A stretch of DNA of 64,000 nucleotides from Raillietiella orientalis (Eukaryota), in assembly GCA_036172245.1 (NCBI GenBank), contig JAYWIR010000021.1, forward strand, positions 2,294,001 through 2,358,000, read 5' to 3'. The notes below the pieces were generated by a model, which saw nothing but the letters and a program-made list of their open reading frames with translations, had not been told where the DNA came from and did no database searches. Below, in pieces: positions 51,103-63,400 of this stretch (its first letter is position 1; every line of letters starts with the position of its first letter). The translations under genes were made by a program, and so were the position numbers.

Positions 51103-52990
51103 TTTTTTTGAAACATTTTCCCCAAGTCCCACGAGGGGCGGGGTAAATTTATTTTTCTTTTATCATTCACACTATATTTATTCAATTTTCATTTCACTGT
51201 CGCCTAGAATTCTTGAAAGTCCACTAACTAGGAGTCACAACACTGGGGTTCCGCACCAGGGTGTGTTTGGACATTGTTCCAATCCTTTTCAGGATATATT
51301 GGTATGTCCACTCTACCACAGTTCCGTATGCCGATCTCTATTCGGATAACCCCTCTCAGGATTTCCATGGGAGATGGGGCCGTTCTGGAGTTCCTCATTT
51401 TCCACCATCTTATGAGGATGGGGGTGATCAGTAAGACAACGGTCATCCTAACCATGGGGTTGCAACAGGGGACGTTTCCACTTCCCTGGAACATCTTGGC
51501 TAGGATCTCCGTTGGCAAGTAGTTTTGCAGCTCTATGACCCTTTTCAAGATCTGCCAGTCTTGATGGATTGTGGGGCAGGTCAAGACGTGAAGACTGGTG
51601 CCCACATCCCCGCATGCTCTGCAGTCCTCATCTTGTCTTGCTTCTGTAGAATATTTCATTGTAGACCCGCTCACGATTCCTCCGTGATAAAAGATCTGGA
51701 GATCATCCTGGGGGTCGGGCGGTAGGTCACTCCAGATCGTGGCTCCGACCTCTAGGGGATTGACAATGTCAGCCCAGTGACGATGGGCAGCTTCCCGGAG
51801 GGCACTGGTGTCTTTATCGTCCTCTCTTATGATGCGGTGCAGATTTTTCTTGGTTACCTGGACCACGCGTAGTTGTGGTTTTTCCACACTTCGCGGGTCT
51901 TGTTGGTGAACCTTCCCGTCATCATCTCAATGTATCGGAGTATCCGGAAGTGTTGGTGAAATCCACTCCGCTTCCACTGCTGTATTCGGTGTAGGGTGAC
52001 TCTGAGCCGTTGGTAGATCCAGCCCCTCGTATCGCTGGAAACTGGGAGCATCCAGGGGATCACCAAGATGGTTTCTTCCTCCCAGAGTTCCTTGCTTCGA
52101 GGCACGATCCTGATTTGGTGCTTTCGCACCACTGCCTGATTCCTTTTCCAGATCGGGTCGATGGATAACCACTTCCCTGCTCGGCCTAGTAACGCAGTCA
52201 TCAGACCTCTCGAGCTATTCAGGAATAACGAGCAGGCCCTATGACCAGTCGTCCAATGAGTCATGGTGTCCAGGAGCTGTCGGGTGTCCATGATGTCAAT
52301 GGCGTGTCCTAGAGACTGCATACCGGTGCCTCCTTTTTCCTTGGGATGACACAGGGGTTTCAGTCGGACCCTTGGTCGATACGTGTTCCATAGTCTTCCG
52401 TTTGCCGCTTTTCCACTTCGCGCCGGGTGTTCTTGTCCATTCTGCAGAAGGCCGCTCCAAAGAGAATCTTTGAAAGTAGGTGTTCCTGACGATGCTGTCC
52501 ATGGTCTTTCCACGAAGAGACATGAAAAAGCCCTGAGCTTCGGACCTCGTGCTGCGTGAGTTCTCTTCGAGATCTTCTCGGCGCGAGTCGACTGAACCGC
52601 CCACGCGGAAGGGGGAATTTCACCTCGGCATGCTCGAGATCGGCTTTTCCTTGACAGTCGCTTCGTCGGCAGCTCGCCCGCCCCGTGGCCTGCCTGAAGT
52701 GGTTCCTCCCACAGCTCTTGCCTGGTGGAAGAGCTTTCCTCCCTCCTGCAGGTTACTCTGCTTGCTTGCGCGCCCGCGAGGAGCTGCGACGAGGCTGGTG
52801 ACCAACCAGCCTCTGACACATCCTTGCGTTTCACTCGGCTCCGCTGTTCGAGCAGCGGGCGGAAGAGCCCTGCACCACCATCCTTGAGGTGGTTTCGCGT
52901 CGCAGGGGAATCGCTTTTGCGGATCTTGGCCAAGATCTGTAACTGATAGAGGGGAGCGATTTTCTGCCTGTTGGTAACTGTCCTCTCCAG
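51103..52990 (-). mobile_element. L1/Tx1-like LINE 3' portion (same family as 39227-40240) with 3' UTR and short A-tail
   Basis: KDGGAGL, IWSDLPPDPQDDLQIFYHGGIVSG..CRACGDVGTSLHVLTCP..GNVPCCNPMVRMT; AATAAA, hairpin and A7 at 51109-51103. Confidence 0.85.
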
Positions 52991-54899
52991 TCAGGTTCCC
53001 CGTCTGACTCCCTAGGTCGATATTATTGACTCAAGAGATGCAGATTTTTGCTCCTCATCGTCTGGCAATTCCGTGTGTGGCCGGCTGTTCCTCCTTGGAT
53101 TCTTTGACTGCCGTGGCATATATGCTGCGTATGCACTGCGGAACAAGGACGTTTCCGGGAGGAAAAACAAAGGAAAAGGCGAATAGGGAGGTTCACATCC
53201 GGTCATTCCGGACGTTCCTTCCAAAGGTGAAGAAACATGACGGGAACTACCAAGTTCTCCAGCAGAATAACAGCAAGATGTTCAAGAGGATGGAGCCACC
53301 GACACGCAGGTCGGTCACCTCAGAAGTCTGGAACGGGTGGATGGAAGATTATAACCCAAAATAAAGGCAATAGGACGGAGGGCAGTGGCAGGGAATTTTC
53401 TTGTCCCTGTCCTCCGTACTATTGCTTTTATTCCGGTGAGCAGCCTCCAAGGCAGTCCTCGGGGACACTACGTCCCAGTGATCATCACCTATCGACTGCG
53501 CTTCCGGGAGCTGCAGGTCAGGCGGACGGAGTGACTCCCACCCGGCTGCTTGCACGAGCCCGAACCGATTGGGACTCCGGCTTCGCTCCCGCGCGTGGTG
53601 TGGTTTCGGCAAAGGCGGCCCCGGATTCCTGAGATCCGGCTGAAAGCGGGGGAAGAGGAAGGGAAGCTGCGCACGTGTTTCCTGGCAGCGAGAAGAAGTC
53701 AGGAAACGGCAGGCAAGCGGAGCAAATTGGATTTCCGGGAACGGGATGGGAAAAACGTCGGCGGGAGGGTTCCTCTAGGAATAGCTCCGTCGCCAATTCC
53801 CCCCCTCGGCAGAGTTCCCATCGCAGGGACTCTCCGCAGGGATAACCCGACGAAACTGCAGAAGCGGAAGATGGGGAGTGGGAAGGCGAAAAGAGTGCCA
53901 TCCAGGAAGTCCGCCGCCTGGCAGCTTCGGGTGGAGGAGGGACCCCGGGGAGAGGGTTGGTCGGGTCGCTCCGTCTTCCGCGAGGTTCCTGCGAGGTTCC
54001 TTTTCCTTGTCGCGGGGCGAGTGTCCGGTCACTAATTTGTGTTTGAGGAGCGGTGGTCGGCGCGTTCAGATCAGGAGAGTGAGCGCTTGCGGCTGCGAGC
54101 ACCAGCAGAAGGTGCTGCTTCGCATACGGGGGGGACGCGTAGTTCCTGGAATCCTTGCAAGGGTCGTCGGTCCTTTCGCGATTTCTTCCTCCGGGAGAGG
54201 ATCCTCGAAACGCCAGCATCCTGATTCATCCTCGAGAGTGTGAGCACGTGAGGGTCCGCGACGGTTTCCATGACGTCCGCGGGGCATGGACTCATCAGGC
54301 CGGTGCCAAAGGATCGGTCATGACTCCTCATCACACCGCATCTTTAAGTAGCGCCAGCATCTTCCGCAAGCACAGAAAGTGGGCGAAGATGGCAGAAGAT
54401 GCAGAGACTTTCCTCGCGGAGGGAGGTGGGGGGGAGGACGTTTCCATGCCATCGCTCCTTTGCGGGCAGCGCGGCAATGCGGCCGGAGGCGTATAGTTCC
54501 CGATGATCGGGGGCGGAACAGGCCGCTCGCTCCCTGCTTCCCCTCTTTGCTTGCTCCGTTCTTCCATCACGGATGATGTCACTGCGTCCCTCCTCATGAG
54601 CGCTGCAGCTCAGCTTACCGATGTCTTCCTCTCCCCGAAGGGAACGGGTCGACACGCAGGAGCTACCTGGAGATCACCGTCTCCAGCCAGGTGCTCAGAG
54701 ATGCGAGCTGCAGACCCTGGGGAAGAGCGGAATCAAATTCATTCGAGATGGAATTTCTTCGGTGGCAGAGTTTTTCGAGATGACTGCTGTTACCCCCCCG
54801 GACGAGGTGGTCTCCCGGGAGTAGGGAAGACCGGAGCAGAAACTTGAAGAGGGGCAATCTTAAAAGCTATTAATACAAGGAAAAATACACAAAAAAGAT

Positions 54900-55550
54900 A
54901 ATTCGGTCCATCGAGGCGATCGCTACGGATGCGAGGCCGTAAATCAATAAACCGCTTCCGTTTTCACGGAGAGCAGCCTCATGAAAGTGCAGCTTAGTGT
55001 TTAATTCCATCAGCTCCATTTGCTCTGATGAAACGAGATGAAGGACCGTTCGGAACCCAGCAACAAGTGATGGATTCGAACTCGAGAAAAATTTCCCAGG
55101 CTTCCTTCTGAAGGATCCTCTCCTTCCACGGAAACTCTGTTTAGCGGCTCTAATTGGAGGAGTTCTGAACTCCAAGTTTAGAAGAGGGAATTTGGAATTT
55201 CTCATTAACACGAGGAGCTGCAGAAGAAGTCGGTAGCGACGAGCTCCAAGCCCTTGATGGATACCTCTTCCAAGCACGGCGAGTCAGGGTGCCGGAATTG
55301 CAAGAGTGATTTAAAGAATGGAGGGGGGAGGGGTTACTCGCCCCATTCCGATGCAGGGCGATTTTTTATTTTATTTTTCCAGCCATCATCTTACAGATGT
55401 GACCTTGTTGGAAAAGGTGGAATACACGTGGGTCGATACGTCTTGATTTATCGGCTGGATAACGAAGTCTCTTCGTACCCTTCTTCAGAGGAGTGCGAAT
55501 CCCCATCAGAAAGGAAGATAAACAGGGAGACACCCTGTTCACAGGAGGAA
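54900..55550 (+). mobile_element. P-element/THAP9-like transposase C-terminal remnant
   Basis: SRKISQAS (~TxKxSQDxLE), GGVLNS (~GGxxxNP), GYLF..GCRNCKSDL (~GY..CxxCxxxL), YVLIYRLDNEVSSYPS (~LIxxxDxGGLxYPS). Confidence 0.5.
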
Positions 55551-55724
55551 GGCTGGAAGCAGGGTCGCTTCTCAGGGATCTCCGTGGGTTCGCCGTTGAA
55601 AGCAAAACCCTCTGATCTATCAGATCAGCTGATAGAAAAACAAAAAAACTCATCTTCCACGTGGAAGGGATCACCCTGTTTTCAAGATAAAGAGGGGTTC
55701 GAGTCTGTATTCAAGAAACAAGGG

Positions 55725-56024
55725 CAGCAAGGACCCTTGTGCAACGCGGGGGATCCGTTCCGCGTTATAACGAGCCCTGAGGATTAATAATCGACGGGTA
55801 ATGCGATCGTGTTTGTAAAGGATACAAAATGAATCCCAAGTGTCGGGATTGACATCTACATCCATAGGTCAGCCTCCTCAAGAGGATGGTGTGCGTCGAT
55901 GCTTCTGTCGATGCAGAAGGTCCCCTTACAATGCGTGGGGTTCCTTCCACATTATAGCGAGCCCTGCGGATTAATTACCGATGAGTAATGCGATCGAATT
56001 TCTAAAAGATATGAAATGTATCCT
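55725..56024 (+). repeat. Two diverged ~110-bp direct repeats (55725-55837 and 55914-56024), probably Tigger/pogo-type termini
   Basis: Shared ttata(a/g)cgagccctg(a/c)ggattaat..gtaatgcgatcg; each starts CAG..GG(A/T)CCC followed by an AACGCGG..CCGCGTT-type palindrome. Confidence 0.6.
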
Positions 56025-56505
56025 AAAACATAATGACAGCAGAATATTCATCAGCAGGCGAGGAGAAGAAAAAAAAAAAAAAAAGGGCTTCGCTTGAAGT
56101 CAAAAAAAAAGTGGAGTTTTTGTGAATATTTAAAGCTAGTGGAAACAATTCCGTAGTCTCAGCTCCACCATTCTCGTTGTTGAAAATTCAATGTTCAAAT
56201 TTCATTCCCGTGCTATTTCATTCAGGGATATTTGAAGAGGGGGGAAAAAAAAAATGCAATTCAATCTACCTCGATCACTTGCTCAGAGGAGCCGACTCGG
56301 CGCTGCGAAAATGAAGTTTGTCTGCCGCGTTGTACGGAGGCCTCACCGTACTCAACTCCGTGCGGCAGGCATTTTGCGGCACACGTGGAAAACGAACAGA
56401 AAACCAGAGCCAGAATCCACTTCTCTCCTGATTTCACTGTGGGAGACCATGCGGCCTGTTGTCACGCCGCAGATGGAGGGCAAGTTCGAAAAGAAGCTGC
56501 GAGTT

Positions 56506-56534
56506 TTTCTTCTTCTTCTTCTTCTTCTTCTTCT
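56506..56534. repeat. (TTC)n microsatellite
   Basis: About 9-10 ttc units. Confidence 0.92.
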
Positions 56535-56749
56535 TGCAGGTGCCACCTGCACACCTCCGGGAATGGAGACAGTTTTCGGAGAATACGCGGTTTTATGTTG
56601 CACCTACTCGAAGGACTGGCATCCCTGCTTTCAGGGAAACAAGGAGATGGGATGAAAGCAAATGAATACGTATATACTGACACAGTGTTGCTCCTTTTGA
56701 GACAACCCTTTTGAAACAGATGAGACCCCTTGAGACGGCAAGCTGATGT

Positions 56750-58750
56750 CGGTTGGGACCCTTCGGACCTTAGGAGGATGGGCCAGGAAGACGAGTGGAT
56801 TCATGAAGAGGGATGACCGACCTCAGGGTGCTGGCGACGCATTGCCTGGGTCCTCTCCTTTCTTTTTCTTCCGCTCGGTTGCTCCGGGACCGTTTGATTC
56901 TCACCTGGCGCAAGGGTACCCCCCTTTCCCGCCGCATCCGGAGGTGGAAATGCTCTGCCGACGTGCCTTCGGGTTCTGAAAGGGGAGCCACGAGTTGACG
57001 AAGTAGAAGAGGACAGCAAGGGGAACGAAGAGGGCTCAGGTTACGGGAGGGAAGGGTTGGCCTGGCTGCATTCCTTTGCACGCTCCGCTCCCGTGCACGG
57101 CGCCTTCCGCCGCGGAATTCTGGGGGGCTATTTCTTCCCGCTTGCGCCGCAGCATGGAAGTGACCAAGGGGAGGACGGCCTCGCGCGCCAAGCCGCAGTG
57201 GAACCGGGCAGCGCTGGCTTGGCGCCGCTGTGCGCGCTCCGGTCCCCGGTGCAGCAATTGGCGGGCGAGACGCGCTGGAGGCGTCGGGAAGACGAGGTTT
57301 CGCGCCTTCCCTTCCGACTGGCGACAGTGGCTGCTTGTCCTCGAGATGGCTGCAAGTGGCCACTTGGCCTTAATCTTCTTCAGGGCGAACCGCTCGCAGC
57401 ACCGGATCTCGGGGGATCGTTTCCTGAGCGGACCAGCAGACTCGAGGCGCGCGTTCCCCAGCAGTTCCCATCCGCGGCCTTCTGCGGTCGCAGAATCCCT
57501 GGCAGATTCGCTCGCAGCGATCCCCGGCGCGTCTCCTTGGAGACCGCCACTCGCCGATGCGGAGGTCTCAACGGCGCTCCGGGAAACTCGAGGAAAAGGA
57601 ATCCATGAGAGTGGGCTGCTCGGCTGGAAGGGTCCTCACGGCGGCAGTCGAGAGCGCAGGCACGCGCAAGCGGTTCGCGCTGCTATCGACCTCAAAGGCA
57701 AAAGCAAGCAAAAGAAAAAGAAAACCGTGCTGCGCAGCAGCCCCGAGAGCTCCGTCGGAGCCATGCGGGTCCAGATCGCGCTGGTTCCCCTGGAGCGTCC
57801 TCCGAGAAGCAGCTGCTCGCTGATTGGATTCATTCCCGTCGACAAAGGGCCACGGAACGAGGACGGCATGACTGAAGTATTCGTTTCTTCCATCTCCCGT
57901 GTTGCTGGGAAGCGGCAGTTTCGTCACTGACGGGGGTATCTGAGCTTCCGGTCCACTTGTCATCAATCTACCGACCGCTCCTCGGCTGGCACCTCAGTTA
58001 CCTCTTTCTGCGAAGGAGCCGTTTCAACAAAGATGCAGTTAATTTACTGGAAATTCACAGCAGGCGGGAGCGTCGGTCCTCTGCCAGGCAACGCGCTCCC
58101 CCTTCTCCACGACGGAAAACGATTCGAAAGGGGAGACGAAGGCGGGAGGAGGACATCCCGGTTAAGGGTGAGGGTTCTTGCGCAAGACGATGAACTGCGT
58201 TCCGTTCGACGAGAAGGTGCACTCTCCCTGCGCGCATCCTCCGCAGGTTCCGCCAAGGAAACCATCTGCGGTGGATGGCACTTCCGCTTCCTCTGATGCT
58301 CACCCCAGCCATCTACATTAAGTGCCACCCAGTATCCAGCACGCACGGGACAGGTCAAGGATGCCCCCCATTTACTAAATGGACCGTCAGCTGAGCTGGA
58401 TTCGGGTCCACGCTTCGGGCCTTGGGCACGCTTGGGCACGAATTGTCCCTGCGCTCTTCGCCCATGAAGCTCAGCTCCACACCAATCTTCTGCACGGAGG
58501 CTGGAGGGCCAGCAGACCGATACGGCAACCGCGAGATTGAGATCTTTGGTTCTGAAGAAGATTAGAACCTAGACGGACCCTCAAAAAGGGTGAGGGTCGA
58601 GCCCTGGAGTCTCGGTGAGGAAGCTACCACTCCGGAAAACCCCGTGATGAGACAGCAGGGGATCATCTCGTGCTTCTGGTGGCCAAATTGCCTTTCACCG
58701 TGACTGTGGCTCACCTGCGTTGCCTGGAAAGCGTGGGCTCTCGAAACTAG
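56750..58750 (+). mobile_element. Degenerate R4/Dong-like (RLE) non-LTR retrotransposon
   Basis: QG..SPFFF, SADV (~YADD), GLRL, RAGGVG (~GGRGL), KGPHG (~KxLHG), LAQDDELRS..KETI (~AQDxxLxTR..ETI), YPARTGQV (~YxxRHxxV). Confidence 0.55.
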
Positions 58751-58994
58751 AGTCCCTTCTGCCGCGTCTCGACAGAAGAGACTTTCGGACGCCTCCCATC
58801 CAGTTGACGCTCCAAACGTGGGGCCGTCCACCTCCTCCGTCTTTCCAGCGTTCCTTGGTTTCGTGAGCCACCTCACTCAGACTGAAACAGCCGAAAGCCT
58901 CGTTTCATACAACTGCAACGGGAATGACAGACTGGCGAGGGTTGGGTGGGACACCGGTGGGGCAGAAGCGGTGAATGTCCTCCGCAGCACCGGA

Positions 58995-59870
58995 GCAGGT
59001 GCAACCATGCCTTACTTCTCGGAATCTGCCGTAAGCTAAAAGTAAAGCACCCATTGCGCCTGGCACAAGTCTTTCCGAAAGAACTGTTTCTTGATTACGC
59101 TTCAATGTTCGGACTTCAACAGCTCAAATATGCCATTCGATTCGCAGCTAAAGTGTGTACGAGAAAAACGCTCGGGATTTCTTCTTTCATTATGAATGGA
59201 ACGAATTCCAACGTGGGTCACTCTACCCGCAAAGTCTTCAGAGTAGGCCTGAAGACTCAACCGATTAGTTGGTTGCGGAATTCATTCTGGAATTGTAAAG
59301 GGACTGCTTTCTGATCCCTGATGCCAAAACAAATCGAGTGGCAAATCATCGGGCTGCCTCATGACGACATCCAGCACGCACAGAGGTTAGTTTAGGAAAT
59401 GCATACTTATCTCTTACACCGAAACATTTGTGTATTCAAAGTGAGCGATGGATAAAGTGGATGGACCGTGGCGCTGAAGTTATTTGCATGAATGTTGTGC
59501 TCTTCTACGAAGCCCGATTTTGGGCACCCAGAAAGCACCCCTCTTGGAATCATAGTTGGGTTCCATTCATAGATCACATAATGCAATTTTTCAAGCCCCA
59601 ATTGGAAACAGCAAATATTCAAGTTTCCACTAAAAGACGAAATATGGAATTAGAGAATAAAACATCCTACCTAAAAGAGCAGCACGTGCAACCGAGCCGT
59701 ACTTCTCGGGATCTGCGGCAAGCCGAAAGGAAAGCATTTGGTGCGTCTTGAGCAAGTCTTTCCGATAGAAATGTTGCTTAATTACACTTCAATGTCAGCA
59801 CTTGGACAGCTCAAATATGTCTTCCAATTCATACCTAAAGTACGTACAAGGAAAACACTCAAGATTTCTG
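58995..59870. repeat. Diverged ~185-bp duplication (about 58995-59183 and 59682-59868)
   Basis: The copies align without indels; by hand count about 42 substitutions in 183 nt. Confidence 0.85.
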
Positions 59871-61149
59871 CTGCCTAGATTGAGCACACATGGCAGCACT
59901 AAATAGTAGCCAAATCCGGATTTTGACATAGCATCCCTACGGGCACATATCGTTTGTGCCCCTGATTTATTCAGAAAAATGACCCGGTGCCGTTTCGTTG
60001 ACCATTTTTTTGAGATGCGTGTCCTAACATCCCTTTGGTTTTCTCGCTCCTCGAAAGACTTTCTCCATAGCCCTTTTGAGACATGGGAAATTCGGCAATT
60101 TTCAATTTAGCAGTTTGCAAAAGCTTCGTGTAACACAACCACAGTTCAAAGAAACGAAGATCCAACAACCATCAGAAGCGTCTTCGTTCCCGAGGGCGTC
60201 ATTTGATGACAAATTCGCCTACATATTCCAGCAAATCATGGAAAGCCTTTTTATTGCAACGAAGAACCCTTGGTGCTTCCTTGGACATACTAGACACATT
60301 GAAAAGATATGTTTTCGAAAAAAATGAGGGTCCAGGATTCTGTGCTAAGATGCCGAAGATCTTTAGTGACCGGATGGGCAAGTATTTCGGAAACCAACTC
60401 GTGAAAATATTCCAGTTTCGAACTGTTTTGCTTATAGCAGTCCATGCCACAGATGATTCATTCGATTCCTCTCCTTCGGAAGGTAACATTTGAACGTCTT
60501 CCTTGTCGTGTATCAAGAAAATCCCCTTGAATATTGCTTGAAGAGATGGTTTGTAAAGTCCTTTCCCGTTCTGAATGACGCAATTCAGGCATGTAGAGGA
60601 ATCAGTACGATCATCGGGTGGCGATATGAGAGAAATTATTTATTGACAAGTGTTTGCCCATAGAAACGCATCTGTCAATAACTCTTGATCAAGATGGCGA
60701 GAAATCGCAAGAGCTGCTTCGTCTCATTCATGCCTCGGAGTTCTTGTCGATAGACTTTTTAAAAGTTTAGGAAAGTTCATTTCGGTAAGCTATATGTACA
60801 TGTGTGAGATGTTCTTCTGGTATCTTGAAATGGTACAGTACAAAAAGGTTTAAATTATGCTTTCATACTATGTATGCTCTAACGGCCTACGGAAAATGCA
60901 ACAAAAATAAGCTGAAAATTCACACTAATATGTTCGACACTTAAATCTCATTCAACATTCTTAGAATGAATGTATGTTTTCAGCAGTTTTCATTGACAAT
61001 GTTTGCTATTCTTAAGCACACACTGCAGCATCCCTGGGCCGTGACTGTGGATGAATCAGTAAGTTTAGAAGAAACCCCATACCTCCTTTCTTGGAGAGGT
61101 TTACATAAAGTACACCTACCCAAGAAAGCCAATCACTACCTTATTGTAC

Positions 61150-61900
61150 GTGTGTATTTGGGATCTTCATACGAAATGCATTTATTCATGAACCATTAAA
61201 TCAACATCCTCAGGATGAAAGAGTCAATCAAATAGTGGGGACAGACTTACCACTAGTTCATGTTGAAGAATGAAAGGAGACTTCGATAGGTTTCAATGAA
61301 CTTGACCCATCCGACCGCGAATTTCTAAATGCATCTAGAAGAAAATCTTGCTTTGTGCATTCCAAAGAAAAAAGAAAAAAATTGCTCTGTTCACTTTACT
61401 GCTTCATCTTTCGGTAATCGCTTGCCTCTTGACTCATCCTTATTTGTCCTAGAGGAAACCAGTGCCATGGTGGTGATTTGGTAAAGGTGAAGTACTCATA
61501 TTTGGGGTTTGGAGTTTGGAAGGCTCCGTAGATCGAGTATTGAGGCCATTTGTAGACTCTGTCTCAAAATGATGAATTCTTATCTCATAATCAGTCATTA
61601 TCCTCTTTAGAAATGCCCTTTGTTCCTCAATTCCGCATCCTTCCAAATGTCTCATATGAGCGCCTGCTTTTCAGTTTGGACTTTGCAGCCGATTGCTTTT
61701 GTACTCTCCCGCGTAGGGATTTGCAGTGCAATCCGATCGATGCGATCCATCTGCCCGAGTGGGCACGTGTCCCGACATCGTCCCAGGATTTCATTTTTTT
61801 ATTATCTGAAAGAGCAGTTCATTTTGTTTTGGAGGGATGCCGTTGTATTGTTTTACTCGCAGAAGTGTTCCTGCGTCGAAAATAACATTGGCTTAAAAAT
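61150..61900 (-). mobile_element. Degenerate mariner transposase remnant
   Basis: RAHSGR (~RSGRP) and FLKRIMTDYEIRIHHFETES (~FLxRIxTxDETWIHHFxPE). Confidence 0.6.
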
Positions 61901-62899
61901 TACCGCTGAAATATAACCGACAACTTCCTTCTAAATGTTCTTGGATTAAGCTATTCAAAATTCACAACTACTTTGTAGAGCAAGCAAGAAGTCAAGATAA
62001 AACAAGTATCGTTTCTGATATGCTAAGAATTCCTACTGCACACGGAAAAGAAAGAAGGACCATTATAGGAACAGATACAAGGATTTGGCTGTACTACTCA
62101 CTGTACCAGGTTAGGGTTGAAATGTACTTTCTAACTGTTATATTGAATAAATGAACAGTGCTTGAAGAAATTTTGCCAAAAGAAATGTCAAGTTTTCATG
62201 AGTTTTCATTGGTCATCTAAAGGTTATATGGAATGAGAACCCAATGTTTTGAGACAGGTGGGATTTCTAGTCTAGATACCTTTACGCGACATCTTAATAA
62301 AAACATAAATACGAGTGAATGGTTACCTAATTGTGATACCAACTCACAACTCATTTGCATTCATTTGACAAGACGTCAGATTTTCAATCCATACAGCCTG
62401 ATGCCATGTCAACAGCTGAACCAGGATTTGGAAAGCTATCGATCTTCGGAGACAGTGCTGAGAATGTCTTCTGGCTGTTCTCCATTGCTTACACCGACCA
62501 AGAGTAAGAATGAAAAAGACACCAGTTGGTCTTCTTCATCAGCGTTTCTTGCTGGCAAAGCATATTTGCAGAATCCATAGATGAAGGTATCAGATGAAGC
62601 CAATCTTGCCGAATGTACAGTTAAGAATCATGATGCCAATAAAGGAAGAAAATTATGATAGAGAAGTACAGTTTCCAGCAATTACTTAAAATGAACGAAT
62701 GCAAATTTTCTCATGCACATCGCTGCATCCGTGCAGAAGGTGGAAATTAAGATTTATGTGAGGAAATGATACTGGCGTTTCGTTCCTGAGATTAACATTC
62801 GTTCTTTCACGAACAGAGACGACGGCTTTTACTCGGATAGGGCTTACACATAGTCAAATCGGTGTGGATTTGCAGCACGTGTTATTTATTCTCGCGTTA

Positions 62900-63400
62900 C
62901 ACACGTGAAAAGTGAAGCGTTTAAAAGTGAGGAGAAGTGTGCACGTGTATTCAAGTGCACGTTATTGATGGTCACGATGTCAGTGTGTGTTTTTACTTGC
63001 CAGTTGGTTTGGAAACTGCCTCGCCATCTGGTGAAAATGGTAGCTGGCACCTCTGTCACCCCCATTGTGGTCTCTTTGCGAGTCTCATGGGTGTGATGCC
63101 GTAAGCGAGGGGATTCGTTTCATTTCAGAGTTGTGAATAAATATGCTTTTCAGTTGAAGTACACTTCCCACGGTATGTTTCACCCTAACTTGGGCCACTT
63201 AAAGCTCAAGATTCAGCACGGATACTATGAAAAGTAAACCGCTATACTGTACAGTTCCAACACGTTGGATCAAACTTTCCGTAAATAATTTTTGCACTCT
63301 CCTTGCGGACAGCCACACTCATTTCATGACGTTCTTTCATCTACACTTTTCTTGACGTTCTTTTTGAGGAACCAAAACAAACAAATAAGCAAGTGTTAAT
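62900..63400 (+). mobile_element. Possible second mariner remnant
   Basis: FLHSPCGQPHSFHDVL loosely fits LxHPPYSPDLxPxD; weak. Confidence 0.25.

Noticed and set aside
54255..54305. Hammerhead-like CTGATGA-GTCC..GGAC..GAAAC on the minus strand
   Set aside because: A 6-nt insertion in the core, no NUH cleavage triplet and no stem I pairing
56539..56670. Pyrimidine tract plus CAG acceptor and a kinase-like RGFMLHLLEGLASL peptide
   Set aside because: The tract is a TTC microsatellite, there is no HRD motif, and no partner exons were found
57270..57350. AGGVGKT..WLLVLEMA resembling NB-ARC Walker A and B
   Set aside because: The motifs are only about 10 aa apart; better explained as the GGxG motif of the surrounding R4-like RT
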